DNA from: a virus
Lineage: Duplodnaviria; Caudoviricetes
Length of the DNA: 55,341 nt
IMG/VR virus record: IMGVR_UViG_3300006990_000036
Span: 1 to 55,341 of that record
Strand: one strand, 5' to 3'
The stretch's first letter is position 1, and each line of letters starts with the position of its first letter. The position numbers were made by a program, and so were the translations under genes. The notes beneath the pieces are model-generated. The model saw only the letters and a list, made by a program, of their open reading frames with translations, did not search any database and was not told where the DNA came from. Positions 1 through 10,316 of the stretch are shown here, piece after piece.

Positions 1-1
1 A

Positions 2-1339
2 GCTGGACAGGCTGACTTGCTTGATAAGGCCATTACTGCGGCTGTTGACGAAGAGACCGGTATTACGAAGATGGAGGGGGATACTCGGGAGTTTAGAGAT
101 TACCTGAGGTCTATTGGCGTTGACCCCGAATCTGTCCACCGTGATGACCTGTTTGAAGAGTTGTTCAATGACAATGCTTTGGCTGATATGGACTCCCAAA
201 TACAAAAAGCCAATACGCTGATGACTGATCAGATGCAGTCTATTGCTGATGAAACTGGTTTAGCAATGGATGAGGTTGAGCGAATCCTTAACGATTTCAA
301 CATTGATCCGTTTGTGGATTATATGGAAGATAATGTCGCCGCAATAGTCAACCTGGCTAATATGACTGTGGGAGACCTTTCACAGATTTTCTTGCCTGAC
401 TTTGACGCTAGCCCTGCAAAGAGAGATGAACGGCTTGAGACGCAGACCGCTCAGTTAGGTACCATTCTTGACGTGATAGAGGCAGGCGGGACACCTAACA
501 CTAGTCTCGTAGAGGATTATATAGCAACAAATGTTGATGTGAACAGGAACGCAGGGATGGACGGCGCTACTGCATCATTGGCTGCGATTCAATCGTTTGG
601 TCTAAGCTTAAGTCACTATGCTCCTGAGCAGGCAGAAGCAGTTATGCGAGCTATGGGTCTTAACAGAGATGGCGTTGTTATGGAAGACCTGCTGACGAGA
701 ATGTTTACCGACCTTGGGTTTGATGAATTGGACATTGATTTAGAGGCTATGAAGGAAATGGCCTTTAAGGATAATCAAGTTTTCCTAAAGGACGATGTAG
801 GAGCGGGTCAGTTTATGAACAACGTTGTGGAAACACAGAAGTTGTTTAAAGCGTTTGGTAGCGGTGATGCTCAGGCAATTCAGGAAGTAGGCCAACAAAA
901 AGAGTTTAAGGGCGTGACGCTCGCTGAGGATACTGCGGCGAAGCTCCTTGATCTTGTGAGAAGCAGCGACACATTTGGTAATTTGGAGGGCAGTGACGTA
1001 GGTCGTGCAAACGAAGGTCTTTCACAGATGATGGAGGACGGGACTACTGTTGAAGAGGTTGGTATCATTGCTGAGCAGTACGGAATTGACAGTGCGTCGT
1101 TACAAGGAATTTTAACAGAATTGCCCACTGACATTGGGGCAATAATGGATGGTGTTGCTGACAGAATTGTTACCGGTTTCATAAACGCTCCTCGTCCGAC
1201 TGTCAATATTAGTGGCGATTTGAATAGAACTGAGCGTGGCGCAGCAACTTATATTATTAGCACTGAGGTCACAGCGGTAGGTGGGCCGAGTCCTTTCGCT
1301 CCAGGCCAAGGTCCCGGTAGTACTAGCATGAATGGGTAG
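2..1339 (+). CDS. Tape measure protein, C-terminal part (open at the left edge)
   Basis: Frame is open from base 2; long Ala/Asp/Glu/Met-rich helical sequence directly upstream of tail/baseplate genes. Confidence 0.6.
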   Translation, partial: AGQADLLDKAITAAVDEETGITKMEGDTREFRDYLRSIGVDPESVHRDDLFEELFNDNALADMDSQIQKANTLMTDQMQSIADETGLAMDEVERILNDFNIDPFVDYMEDNVAAIVNLANMTVGDLSQIFLPDFDASPAKRDERLETQTAQLGTILDVIEAGGTPNTSLVEDYIATNVDVNRNAGMDGATASLAAIQSFGLSLSHYAPEQAEAVMRAMGLNRDGVVMEDLLTRMFTDLGFDELDIDLEAMKEMAFKDNQVFLKDDVGAGQFMNNVVETQKLFKAFGSGDAQAIQEVGQQKEFKGVTLAEDTAAKLLDLVRSSDTFGNLEGSDVGRANEGLSQMMEDGTTVEEVGIIAEQYGIDSASLQGILTELPTDIGAIMDGVADRIVTGFINAPRPTVNISGDLNRTERGAATYIISTEVTAVGGPSPFAPGQGPGSTSMNG

Positions 1340-1376
1340 TCAGTCGTGATGCCGTGTTTGAAGAAAGGAATGTATA

Positions 1377-2177
1377 ATGGCTAGAGCAAGAGTATATAAA
1401 AGACTCAGGAGGCCCATTGGCGCTCGGGCCATCGGGAGGGTAGCTGGCGGACGTGTTGGCAACAGGACTGATGCTGAAGTTGTTGTGCGCAACGCTAAAC
1501 CGCTTCGTGCCAAATTTGTGTTCCCTGACGGATTTAATGCTCAAGATAAGTTCGGTAACTATACTACGTTGCGTGACGCACCGGGTGAGTCGGTGTATTC
1601 CTTTCACTTTCCATATGGTCCGCAAGATTTAAAGTACGATCAGTTCTCTCCACGTTTCAAAGAAATTAATAGGCCGTATAAGAAGCCGTTGTTAGTCGCT
1701 GAGTCATCGTCGTTACGCAATCTCTCGTTCAATGCGGTTCTAGCCAATAGGGAATCTAGGGGTAAACTTTCTATTCTTGATCTTCTGGAGCGGTTAGAGG
1801 CAATTGCAGATTCTGGTGCTGCGTTTCAATTTACATATGGTTTAACGGCCCTTCCATTTGCTGTGGTGCTGACTAAGTTCAGTTACACAGTGTCGCACAG
1901 AAACTTAGAGGGTTCTCCAACTCGTGCAGAAGTGTCGATTCAATTGACTGAGGCAGTGTCTGCGCAGCAGGAACTTATTATTCTAAAAGCGGTACATCGG
2001 AACCCTAGTCCTACGGTTGCGGCTACGATACCGTCCAGAGCGCCTGCTGCCTCAAAGCCTAAGCCCCCTCCACCTACACCTGTTGACGATCCGCCACGGC
2101 GACCAGTCTGGATTGATCCGGCAACTGGTGCTGGGTACATCCCTAATTCTGAGGACGCCGAGAATTTACTAGGATAG
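1377..2177 (+). CDS. Tail tube initiator / distal-tail-like protein with Pro-rich C-terminus
   Basis: Follows the tape measure; F-x-F-P-Y-x-P, EINRPYKKPLL and RAEVSIQLTE resemble contractile-tail tube-initiator proteins; SD GAAAGGA upstream. Confidence 0.5.
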   Translation: MARARVYKRLRRPIGARAIGRVAGGRVGNRTDAEVVVRNAKPLRAKFVFPDGFNAQDKFGNYTTLRDAPGESVYSFHFPYGPQDLKYDQFSPRFKEINRPYKKPLLVAESSSLRNLSFNAVLANRESRGKLSILDLLERLEAIADSGAAFQFTYGLTALPFAVVLTKFSYTVSHRNLEGSPTRAEVSIQLTEAVSAQQELIILKAVHRNPSPTVAATIPSRAPAASKPKPPPPTPVDDPPRRPVWIDPATGAGYIPNSEDAENLLG

Positions 2178-2187
2178 GAATATTGTT

Positions 2188-3492
2188 GTGGCGCTAAAAC
2201 TTGATAAATTAACTGTTGAATCATTGCAGGTCGGTGAATTAGGTGATCGGCTTGTTCAAGTACACGAATCAATACAGAACTTAAATATTGACCTGTCTGC
2301 TGATATGGTCAGCCAATTAACCTTTACAGTCATTGACCCTTACTTAAAGCTGCATAATAACAATTATTTTATGATTGGCCGAACGGTTACTTACGGTGAT
2401 TACAAGTTTGAGATTGCTGCTATTGATGTAAAGTTTGGCGGCGTGGCTGAGGTAAATGTGACTGCAAGGTCTCAAGCCACTCAGAAGCTGCGACGGGAAA
2501 AGGGAAACAAGAACTTTGGTAGTATTTCTCCGTCTACTTTTGCGGCGGAGGCTGCTGCCCGAGTTGGTCTTTCGTTTTTTGGCGAGGATTCACCGGTTGA
2601 TGGACAAATCAAACGAGTACAGAAGGACAAGCAGGACGAGTCAACTTTTGATATGTTGAAGAAGTTAGCAAACAAGAATGAGTTCCGGTTTTTTGAGGCG
2701 AACAACACAATGTTTTTTGCGTCTGAGGAGTTTATTGTAAAGAATCAGGGCAAGTTTGAAATTCACATGGATTTTGCGGGGTTGGGCACACCCTCTAGCG
2801 CAGCATTTTTTCCAGCGTCGGGAAATATCCGAAGAACGTCTGATGGTGAAAAAGCGGCAACAGCCAGTTTTTCCTTATTGCCATCTGCTTCAGCATTCTC
2901 AATTTATCCTGGCACGTCGTTCAACGTTACTGGGATTGAAAACTTTACACAGGCATTCATGGTTGATAGGGTCAACATGCGAGCGGAAGAGAGTAGTATG
3001 GTCCGCATTTCTGCAACTGCTGTTGAAGAAACACCCGACTCAGGCTGCAACACACAGACCTTTAGGATTGGTATTCGGGGTAGCGATTGTGTGAAACGAA
3101 TCCAGCAGGCGGTAGGAACAATTGTAGACGGTTGGTGGGGTCCCCTCACAAACGCTGCTGTACTAAAGTATCAGAAGGCAAATGGTTTACCTGCGAATGC
3201 TATTTGGGATGCTGACGATTGGGCCAAACTTGAAGGTAAATATATAAGGACCAATCCATCGTTCCAGCCCACGTTACCTGCGTCTGGTCCAGGTTCATCC
3301 AAAGTTACTATTCTTGACGTGTTTCCCGCTGACGGGAAGGTCAGCACCAGTGCCGGTTGGCGCTATGTAACTCAAAACAAACAACTACCTTTACCATATC
3401 CTTGGAATAATGGTGTTTGGAACCCACCGGGTGATTCCGGGTATAAGAAAGTGATAGAATACATGAACAAGTGGGCTAAGTCGTTACAGTGA
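2188..3492 (+). CDS. Baseplate hub (gpD/gp44-like) fused to a peptidoglycan-binding domain
   Basis: QDESTFDMLKKLA...FRFFE hub-like motif; C-terminal VKRIQQAVG..VDGWWGPLTNAAVLKYQKANGL is PG_binding_1-like. Confidence 0.6.
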   Translation: MALKLDKLTVESLQVGELGDRLVQVHESIQNLNIDLSADMVSQLTFTVIDPYLKLHNNNYFMIGRTVTYGDYKFEIAAIDVKFGGVAEVNVTARSQATQKLRREKGNKNFGSISPSTFAAEAAARVGLSFFGEDSPVDGQIKRVQKDKQDESTFDMLKKLANKNEFRFFEANNTMFFASEEFIVKNQGKFEIHMDFAGLGTPSSAAFFPASGNIRRTSDGEKAATASFSLLPSASAFSIYPGTSFNVTGIENFTQAFMVDRVNMRAEESSMVRISATAVEETPDSGCNTQTFRIGIRGSDCVKRIQQAVGTIVDGWWGPLTNAAVLKYQKANGLPANAIWDADDWAKLEGKYIRTNPSFQPTLPASGPGSSKVTILDVFPADGKVSTSAGWRYVTQNKQLPLPYPWNNGVWNPPGDSGYKKVIEYMNKWAKSLQ

Positions 3493-3530
3493 CTAGTTCA
3501 CCGGTCGGTACTGTAGAGTAGGCTAAAGGT

Positions 3531-6248
3531 ATGAGCAGGCGAACTTCTAGATCAACTTCATATACTAGCGGAGTCAACCCCGTTGGCCCGTTCAGGGCAA
3601 AGGTAGTTTCCGTTTCTGGTGGACTGGCCTCCATTCGGATACCACGCTTAGGCATGAACAATGTCTATGATGAAGTTCCGTACTCTGGCTTTGTGCCAAC
3701 TGCGGGTACGAGTGTGTGGGCATTTTTTATTGAGGGTGACGCTTCTCGCCCGATGATTATTGTGAGTGCTGAGGATTCGCAGTCTGATATTAACGAGATT
3801 GTTGCGGGCACAAACTTAAATGGTGGGGGCACTGGTGGTTCTGTAACAGTTAATCTTGATGACAGTATTACTTTGTCGTCCGTAACTGCTGACAGTTTTT
3901 ATGGCGATCTTTATGGCGATGTTTATGGCGATATTTATGGCGCTATTCATATTCCGGTAAAGAACGTTAGTGGCGGTACACTTTCTAAGGGAACGCCTGT
4001 TTACGCTACGGGCGCTGTCGGTGCTTCTGGTGCCGTGGAGGTTGAAGCGTCGTTGGCGGGAACTGGTTCCACGATGCCCGCTATGGGTCTGCTGAATCAA
4101 GACTTGTCGAATAACGGTCAGGGCGATGTTGTCGTATCTGGTGTTTTGCAACACATTGATACGGACACTCCGGGCTATAGCGTTGGCGACGAGTTGTATG
4201 TTTCTGCGGCTGGCGGTTTAACAACGACTCGGCCTACGGGTTCTTCTGAGTTGGTTCAGAAGATTGGTAAGGTTATTCGGGTTCAGCAGAATACTGGCGA
4301 GATTTTGGTTCAGGGTGCTGGCCGTACTAATGATGTTCCTAACTCGTTTAGTACTAGTGGCGATGTTACTGTTGGTGGTGATGCCACGGTTACGGGTGAT
4401 CTAACTGTTAACGGTACCACGGTTACTTTAAATACGGAGACTTTGACTGTTGAGGATAACATTATTGTTCTTAACTCTAACGTTTCGGGTGCTCCTTCTT
4501 TGAATGCGGGTATTGAGGTTGAGCGTGGTTCTTCTAGTAATGTGTCGTTTTTGTGGGACGAGTCTGCGGATGCGTGGTCTATTGGGGCGGTTGATTTTGT
4601 AGTTGATACGGATACGTTGTTTGTGGACGCTTCAACTGATCGTGTGGGTATCGGCAATACTTCACCGTCGTACACGTTGGATGTTAGCGGCGACGGACGG
4701 TTCACGGGCAACCTTTCAGTAGGTGGCAACACTACTTCGACTGGGCATTTTACGGCGCAGTCGGGTGGTGCTGATGGCGGTATCGTTCTCGGTCAGGCAT
4801 ACGCCTCCGGCTATGTCGGGCTGCGTACCTCGGGCATGTCGGAGACGAGCACGTCCGAATATGTAGTGATCTCAGATGGGACGCACACCTATTTTAGTTC
4901 CGGCACGGGCGGGACGACGCACCTGCGTGGACCTGCCAACGCTTCTACCCATCAAGTCAGGGTGACTAGCACCGGCGTAATCTTCGACGGCACATCGACG
5001 GCGGCTGGCCCGCTCACGGTCAACGGCCTCCTGAATGTCAGCGGCGACGTTCGGTACAACAACAACGCCATCGTTGCCTCGTATGCGTCTGCTACGAACA
5101 TTGACCACATCTGGCATAACGAGACCACTAACGCTTGGAACTTCTGTAGCGACACGACCTACAAAGCGGCAGGTAACTCAAGTATCGTTGCTGGGTCTTT
5201 TTCTGGTAACGGCTCGGGCTTGACAAGCGTCAATGCGGCAACTCTCGGTGGCCTTGCCTTGAAGTCAACTAGCGGTACTCCAAGTGGCAGTCAAGTAATT
5301 CGATCTCACACCAACGGATACACGTATTTGGGTTGGATCAACACGCCTAGCGGCGCTACGACTTCAACCATCAACCGTATCTATGCGTCGAACGACAACT
5401 TTGTTCGGTATGTGACTCCGGCGACGTTCAGGTCACAGGTCATTGATGGTAATTATATTAGCACATCAGCAACGCAAACTTCTGACGTGTATATTCGTAA
5501 CGCTGGTCCTACCGTTTACCACCGAGATACTAATCACCGTTCAGCAATGACGCACGTCAACTCAAATAACTTCTTTATCTTGCGAGGAAGCGGTAACGAC
5601 TCTACAACGTGGACATCGGTGAATAACCACTGGCCTGCTTATTGGAACCTAGAAAACAACGACGTAGTGTTGGGTGGGCAGCTTTACGTTCCGCTAATGG
5701 TCGGGACTGGCAGTTTTAACACTGTTCGTTACGGTACTGGTGGGCTTCTCCACCAGTTCACCTCGCTGGCTGAGCAAAAGACTGGTATCACTGAAATAAA
5801 TCCGCTGTTGGATTATCTGGGTGAAAAGTCGTTATTGTACGACTTGCGTCCTATAATTTTCCAAGAGGCCGAGGATCGGGTAGACTTTAGTGGCGAGCCG
5901 CTTAAAACGAGCCGAGGAGAGTACACCCCCGGTTTCATTGCCGAAGAAGTTCATGAGGTTGCCCCTGAGTTAACGTATTTTGACGATGCTGGCGACCTGA
6001 TATCATATGGTCCCGAAGCCCTTATTCCACATCTTGTTGCTGAGTTGCAGCGGCTTGCTCCTATGATTGAGTCGCTTTATCAGGCGGCACATCCTGAGTA
6101 CGTTCCCCCTACGCCTCGTGATTCTTCACGGGGTGATGCAGAAAAGGCTGTTTTCGATACTGCGGCGGCTTACACGAAAGCGAATCCTAAGGTGACTCCG
6201 ATGCCAGCGAATGTTTCGGTGGTAGATGACGACGAAAAGACTGAATAA
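3531..6248 (+). CDS. Baseplate spike-like N-terminal OB domain fused to a tail fibre with a C-terminal intramolecular chaperone (S74-like)
   Basis: N-term FRAKVV..IRIPRL..P.AG.SVW.FF.EGD..RP; fibre motifs (DLTVNG, RVGIGNTSPSYTLDV); C-term LYDLRPIIF..GFIAEEV.EV.PEL. Confidence 0.65.
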   Translation: MSRRTSRSTSYTSGVNPVGPFRAKVVSVSGGLASIRIPRLGMNNVYDEVPYSGFVPTAGTSVWAFFIEGDASRPMIIVSAEDSQSDINEIVAGTNLNGGGTGGSVTVNLDDSITLSSVTADSFYGDLYGDVYGDIYGAIHIPVKNVSGGTLSKGTPVYATGAVGASGAVEVEASLAGTGSTMPAMGLLNQDLSNNGQGDVVVSGVLQHIDTDTPGYSVGDELYVSAAGGLTTTRPTGSSELVQKIGKVIRVQQNTGEILVQGAGRTNDVPNSFSTSGDVTVGGDATVTGDLTVNGTTVTLNTETLTVEDNIIVLNSNVSGAPSLNAGIEVERGSSSNVSFLWDESADAWSIGAVDFVVDTDTLFVDASTDRVGIGNTSPSYTLDVSGDGRFTGNLSVGGNTTSTGHFTAQSGGADGGIVLGQAYASGYVGLRTSGMSETSTSEYVVISDGTHTYFSSGTGGTTHLRGPANASTHQVRVTSTGVIFDGTSTAAGPLTVNGLLNVSGDVRYNNNAIVASYASATNIDHIWHNETTNAWNFCSDTTYKAAGNSSIVAGSFSGNGSGLTSVNAATLGGLALKSTSGTPSGSQVIRSHTNGYTYLGWINTPSGATTSTINRIYASNDNFVRYVTPATFRSQVIDGNYISTSATQTSDVYIRNAGPTVYHRDTNHRSAMTHVNSNNFFILRGSGNDSTTWTSVNNHWPAYWNLENNDVVLGGQLYVPLMVGTGSFNTVRYGTGGLLHQFTSLAEQKTGITEINPLLDYLGEKSLLYDLRPIIFQEAEDRVDFSGEPLKTSRGEYTPGFIAEEVHEVAPELTYFDDAGDLISYGPEALIPHLVAELQRLAPMIESLYQAAHPEYVPPTPRDSSRGDAEKAVFDTAAAYTKANPKVTPMPANVSVVDDDEKTE

Positions 6249-6275
6249 AGTAGATAAACTTTATATAATCAAACC

Positions 6276-6303
6276 TTGACACTCCTTTGCGGTTTGGTAG
6301 AAT
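6276..6303 (+). promoter_or_regulatory. Sigma-70-type promoter, leaderless start at 6310
   Basis: TTGACA-16-TAGAAT, then 6 nt, then ATG. Confidence 0.6.
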
Positions 6304-6309
6304 AAACTG

Positions 6310-7104
6310 ATGTGTTCTCAACCAAAGGAGCCGAACATGTCACCCAACAAACCGGTCAGGGTTCTGACCATCCTTGTCATATTTGCTGTCTTTACAGCCC
6401 TGTTTACATCCTCTAGCGACCCTGTAGAAGAACCTGAACCGTTACCCCTCCCCATTGCGGGGGTAGTGGTTACGCCGCCTGAAGAAGCCGTGGTTACGGA
6501 GACTACAGATATTCCGGTAACCACCGAACTTACTCAAGAAGAAATCTCATCAGAGCCAGATTATCTTCTACCCCATCTACATTTGACGGGATTTCAGGAC
6601 GCTGCGGAGGTTTTATTGCGAGAGTATGCGTGGGGAAGCGGAGACACCGTTTCAGAGTTACAGGAGCTTTTAGGTGTTACTGTCGATGGTAACTACGGCG
6701 GGCAGACCCACCAAGCCCACTTAGAGGTCTTAGAGCAGGCTGGGTGGAGCACTGAGAACGTTCCTGTAGCGTCTGTTGCCACGACACCTAACCCAAAGTG
6801 CGGTCAGTGGTGGGACACTGCTAGGGCGGCAGGCTGGCCGGAAGACCGTCTTCCCAAACTAGGCAGAATCATGTTTGCTGAAAGTGGCTGTACCCATGAC
6901 GTTATTTCTAGAACTAATGACTTTGGGTTGACTCAAATCAACTGGGCTGCGCATGGAGACAGGCTTCGTGCTGCGGGGATTACTAGAGACATGCTTTTAG
7001 ACCCTTATACCAATTTAGTGCAGGCAAAGTGGATTGCTGATTATGCGGCTAAGCACTACGGGTGCTGGTCTCAGCCGTGGTACATGTCTGGCTCATGGTG
7101 CTAA
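6310..7104 (+). CDS. Membrane-anchored lytic transglycosylase-like protein with a PG-binding segment
   Basis: N-terminal hydrophobic helix; LQELLGVTVDGNYG; lysozyme-fold motifs AESGC, DFGLTQIN, LLDPYTNL, WSQPW. Confidence 0.7.
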   Translation: MCSQPKEPNMSPNKPVRVLTILVIFAVFTALFTSSSDPVEEPEPLPLPIAGVVVTPPEEAVVTETTDIPVTTELTQEEISSEPDYLLPHLHLTGFQDAAEVLLREYAWGSGDTVSELQELLGVTVDGNYGGQTHQAHLEVLEQAGWSTENVPVASVATTPNPKCGQWWDTARAAGWPEDRLPKLGRIMFAESGCTHDVISRTNDFGLTQINWAAHGDRLRAAGITRDMLLDPYTNLVQAKWIADYAAKHYGCWSQPWYMSGSWC

Positions 7105-7188
7105 ATGTACTTAAGTTGACTACTGGTGCTCCGTTAGTTAGTAAACTATAACTGATTACAAAACTTCTACCGTAAAGGATTTCCCGAA

Positions 7189-8151
7189 ATGGCAAAACGA
7201 CCTTATACTGGTTGGGACCGAAATAGTTCCGGCAGACGATCAGGTACCGAAGCTCTTATTAACCAGATTAAGTTCTGGTCTGAGGGTGGCCTGTGGCACA
7301 ATGGCTCTTGGCTGGTACGCCCGATGCGAGGAAAAAAGAATCCAAGTGTTCACGGTACAGGCCGTGCGTTTGACATTTCCTGGCGTGGCGGCAAGTATGG
7401 TGGCTATGGGGACTACCAGAAGGCTATGGTTTGGTACGACTTCTTGTGTGAGCACGCTGATGCACTACAGATTGAGGCAGTGTTTGATTACTATCCTCGG
7501 CCTTGGGGTCAGGGCTACAAGTGCGACCGAGACGCTACCAAGGTTTACACCCGTAAGGCGTTTTCGGGCGCTCCGGGCGGAGACTGGTTCCACATTGAGG
7601 TTTCTAACAAGTACGCCGACGATGCTGACTTCTACAACTCCAAGATGCCTGAGCTTATCGCTGGCATTAAGGTAGGTGCGCCTGCTAAGCCTGCTCCAGT
7701 GGAAGAGGCTTCTGACGGAGTAGACAATCCGACTGGTGACGATTATCCCGGTCATGTGATTGTCAAGGGTCACGGGCATAAGGATGAAGTCAAGATGGTG
7801 CAGTCGAAGGTAGGCGCTAAAGTTGATGGTGACTTTGGGCCGAAGACTGAAGAGGCTGTGAAAGCGTGGCAGGCTGCAAATGGTTTGACCGCTGATGGTG
7901 TAGTTGGGCCTAAAACTTGGGAGGCTATGTTTGGTGGCGACAGTAAGCCTGCTCGTGCGTATCCTGGCAGTCCGATCAAGGTTGGTTCTAAGGGCGATGA
8001 TGTTAAAGTGGTGCAGGCCGTCATTGACGCTTACGTAGACGGCGACTTTGGTCCTAAGACTGAGGCATCTGTTAAAGCGTGGCAGTCAGCCAACGGTTTG
8101 AGCGCAGACGGGATCGTCGGCCCTAAAACTTGGAAGGCCATGTTTGACTAG
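7189..8151 (+). CDS. Endolysin: M15-like Zn peptidase plus two PG-binding domains
   Basis: SVHGTGRAFD (SxHxxGxAxD) and WFHIE; two copies of VDGDFGPKTE..VKAWQ.ANGL.ADG.VGPKTW. Confidence 0.8.
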   Translation: MAKRPYTGWDRNSSGRRSGTEALINQIKFWSEGGLWHNGSWLVRPMRGKKNPSVHGTGRAFDISWRGGKYGGYGDYQKAMVWYDFLCEHADALQIEAVFDYYPRPWGQGYKCDRDATKVYTRKAFSGAPGGDWFHIEVSNKYADDADFYNSKMPELIAGIKVGAPAKPAPVEEASDGVDNPTGDDYPGHVIVKGHGHKDEVKMVQSKVGAKVDGDFGPKTEEAVKAWQAANGLTADGVVGPKTWEAMFGGDSKPARAYPGSPIKVGSKGDDVKVVQAVIDAYVDGDFGPKTEASVKAWQSANGLSADGIVGPKTWKAMFD

Positions 8152-8511
8152 ATGCGTTTCTTTTATGAGGCGAAAGTTGACAGGATCGTTGACGGAGACA
8201 CTGTAGATTTTATCATTGATTTAGGGTTTGATGTCTTTCACAAGGCACGGGTACGGCTTCACGGTGTTAATACACCAGAAACCCGTACTCGTGACCTTGA
8301 GGAAAAAGAGTTAGGTATTGCGGCCAAGAACTATGTTTACGACTGGTTGGCTGCTACTGATTCTGTATTCATTAAGACAATAAAAGATGGCAGCGGTAAG
8401 TACGGGCGAATCTTGGGATACGTATATTCTGATCAATCCATGCTGAAGTGTCTCAACGATGACATTATTGATTCAGGTCATGGTGAGCCTTATTACGGGG
8501 GCAAGCGATAG
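8152..8511 (+). CDS. Thermonuclease (SNase-like)
   Basis: RIVDGDTVD, RVRLHGVNTPE and GKYGRILG motifs. Confidence 0.85.
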   Translation: MRFFYEAKVDRIVDGDTVDFIIDLGFDVFHKARVRLHGVNTPETRTRDLEEKELGIAAKNYVYDWLAATDSVFIKTIKDGSGKYGRILGYVYSDQSMLKCLNDDIIDSGHGEPYYGGKR

Positions 8512-8549
8512 GCTTGACCTTAGTGAGCACATTGTAGTAGACTACCTCT

Positions 8550-9062
8550 ATGAATCGCAAAGAAGTAAAGTTCGCTGCTACAACCATGCCTGTCCGTGAT
8601 CAGTTTGACCACACCAAGCGTCTTGTTGGTTTAGTTGTTGCTAAAGAAGGCACCTTCCGTACTGATGAGAAGTGGGCGCATGACGCTGCCAGCAGTCTGG
8701 CAGATCAAAACGTGGTTAGTGTGCGTGGCGACATTATTTCGATTGGTCCAAATTTTGAGCCGTTTTTGCTTTCTGCTATATCAGCAGACGCCGCTTTCGG
8801 GGACACGCTCTATCAGTATAGGTCACTGATTCATCAACGAATTAAAGAGTTTGACTTGTCCGACGATGCTGTTTCGGAGCATTTGGAGTCTTTGGGGTCG
8901 GTAGACGATAAAATCATGTATTTGACTACTCTGGTCTCCTCCACGTCTGCTAAACTGAAGTCTGTGCTTGAAAAAAGTCAGTTGCTAGAATCTACGATGG
9001 CTGAAATAGACTCGGCGTTGTCCGTGGTTGAAAGTGTTCTAGATGAGAATACTCACAGCTAA
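8550..9062 (+). CDS. Hypothetical protein
   Basis: 170 aa ORF behind TTGACC-18-TAGACT-6-ATG. Confidence 0.6.
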   Translation: MNRKEVKFAATTMPVRDQFDHTKRLVGLVVAKEGTFRTDEKWAHDAASSLADQNVVSVRGDIISIGPNFEPFLLSAISADAAFGDTLYQYRSLIHQRIKEFDLSDDAVSEHLESLGSVDDKIMYLTTLVSSTSAKLKSVLEKSQLLESTMAEIDSALSVVESVLDENTHS

Positions 9063-9285
9063 TGCCAGAGTGTTGCTAACGGTTTTAGAGAATCCAGATA
9101 AGACCCAAAGAGAAATAGCAACTATGTTAAATATGAGATATCAGCATGTGTGGCGGGCTTTAGACCGGTTGGTAAAAGAAGGAATATTACAAAAAACTAG
9201 ACAGAACAGGAGAACGTATTTCGTTGCGGCTGAAGGCTTTTGGGACATTGAAGATATTAAGCGTCTAAAAGCTTGCGTCGTCTGA
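9043..9285 (+). CDS. Winged helix-turn-helix (MarR-like) DNA-binding protein
   Basis: NPDKTQREIATML..VWRALDRLVKEGILQK. Confidence 0.75.
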   Translation: MRILTANARVLLTVLENPDKTQREIATMLNMRYQHVWRALDRLVKEGILQKTRQNRRTYFVAAEGFWDIEDIKRLKACVV

Positions 9286-9308
9286 CGAAATATGTTACAC
9301 TTATACAA

Positions 9309-10070
9309 ATGGCTAAGATACTGTACTACGACATCGAAACGGCACCCAACTTATCTTATGTGTGGGGTCAGTTTGAGCAGAACGTAATTGAGCACGAGCG
9401 AGAATGGTACATGCTCTGCGTGTCCTACCGCTGGGAGCATGAGAAGAAGACGCATGTAACGTCTTTGATTGACTTCCCTGCCGATTACAAGAAAGACCCA
9501 GAAAACGACTACCACGTTGTGAAGAAGTTGTGGGACTTGCTTAACGAGGCAGACATTGTGATCGCTCATAACGGTGACCGCTTTGATATGCGAAAAGCTA
9601 ACGCTCGGTTCGTTGCTCACGACCTTGGCCCTATTTCCCCGGTCAAGTCTGTAGACACCCTTAAGGTTGCTCGCAGACACTTCATGTTCAATAGCAACAA
9701 GTTAGACCATCTGGGGGCACACTTAAAGATTGGCCGAAAGGTGTCCACGGGCGGCTTTGAAACTTGGGCTGGCTGTATGCGTGGCGACAAGAAATACTGG
9801 AAGCTTATGCTTAAGTATGCAAAGCAGGACGTTGATCTCCTTCGGCTCGTTTATTTGAAACTGCGTCCGTGGATGAATAATCACCCTAATCTTAATGTTT
9901 TTGACGGTACAGACGGTTGTCCGACTTGTGGTTCACAGAATCTGCACAAGCGAGGCACCCGGCGAACACAGGTATCTGTTTATCAGCAGTACCAGTGCAA
10001 CGACTGTGGGGCTTACTCACGTCAGCGTATGTCTGATTCCAATGCGGTCAAGCCCGAGATTGTACCCTGA
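9309..10070 (+). CDS. RNase H-fold (DnaQ/PolB-exo-like) 3'-5' exonuclease with C-terminal Zn ribbon
   Basis: YDIET, HNGDRFD and YAKQDV motifs; CPTCGS..CNDCG; start taken at ATG 9309. Confidence 0.8.
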   Translation: MAKILYYDIETAPNLSYVWGQFEQNVIEHEREWYMLCVSYRWEHEKKTHVTSLIDFPADYKKDPENDYHVVKKLWDLLNEADIVIAHNGDRFDMRKANARFVAHDLGPISPVKSVDTLKVARRHFMFNSNKLDHLGAHLKIGRKVSTGGFETWAGCMRGDKKYWKLMLKYAKQDVDLLRLVYLKLRPWMNNHPNLNVFDGTDGCPTCGSQNLHKRGTRRTQVSVYQQYQCNDCGAYSRQRMSDSNAVKPEIVP

Positions 10071-10082
10071 TCTAGATTCTCT

Positions 10083-10316
10083 ATGATTACATCAGAATAT
10101 CTTTATGAGTCTTCTCCTGATAGGCTGTTAGTGTCTGACGAGTTTGATGCGTGGTACGCTTTTTACGACGATGAACTGTCTGTGTTATCGAATGCTACTG
10201 GCGACCTTGTGGCTTACATCTACGATGACAAGTCAGAGTACCGTGAGGTGCGGCGCTTTATTGTAGAAGAGTATCCTGTTCGGGATGCGAAGGTCCATCA
10301 GTATGATGAAGATTAG
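10083..10316 (+). CDS. Hypothetical acidic protein
   Basis: 77 aa ORF filling the gap between operon genes. Confidence 0.55.
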   Translation: MITSEYLYESSPDRLLVSDEFDAWYAFYDDELSVLSNATGDLVAYIYDDKSEYREVRRFIVEEYPVRDAKVHQYDED

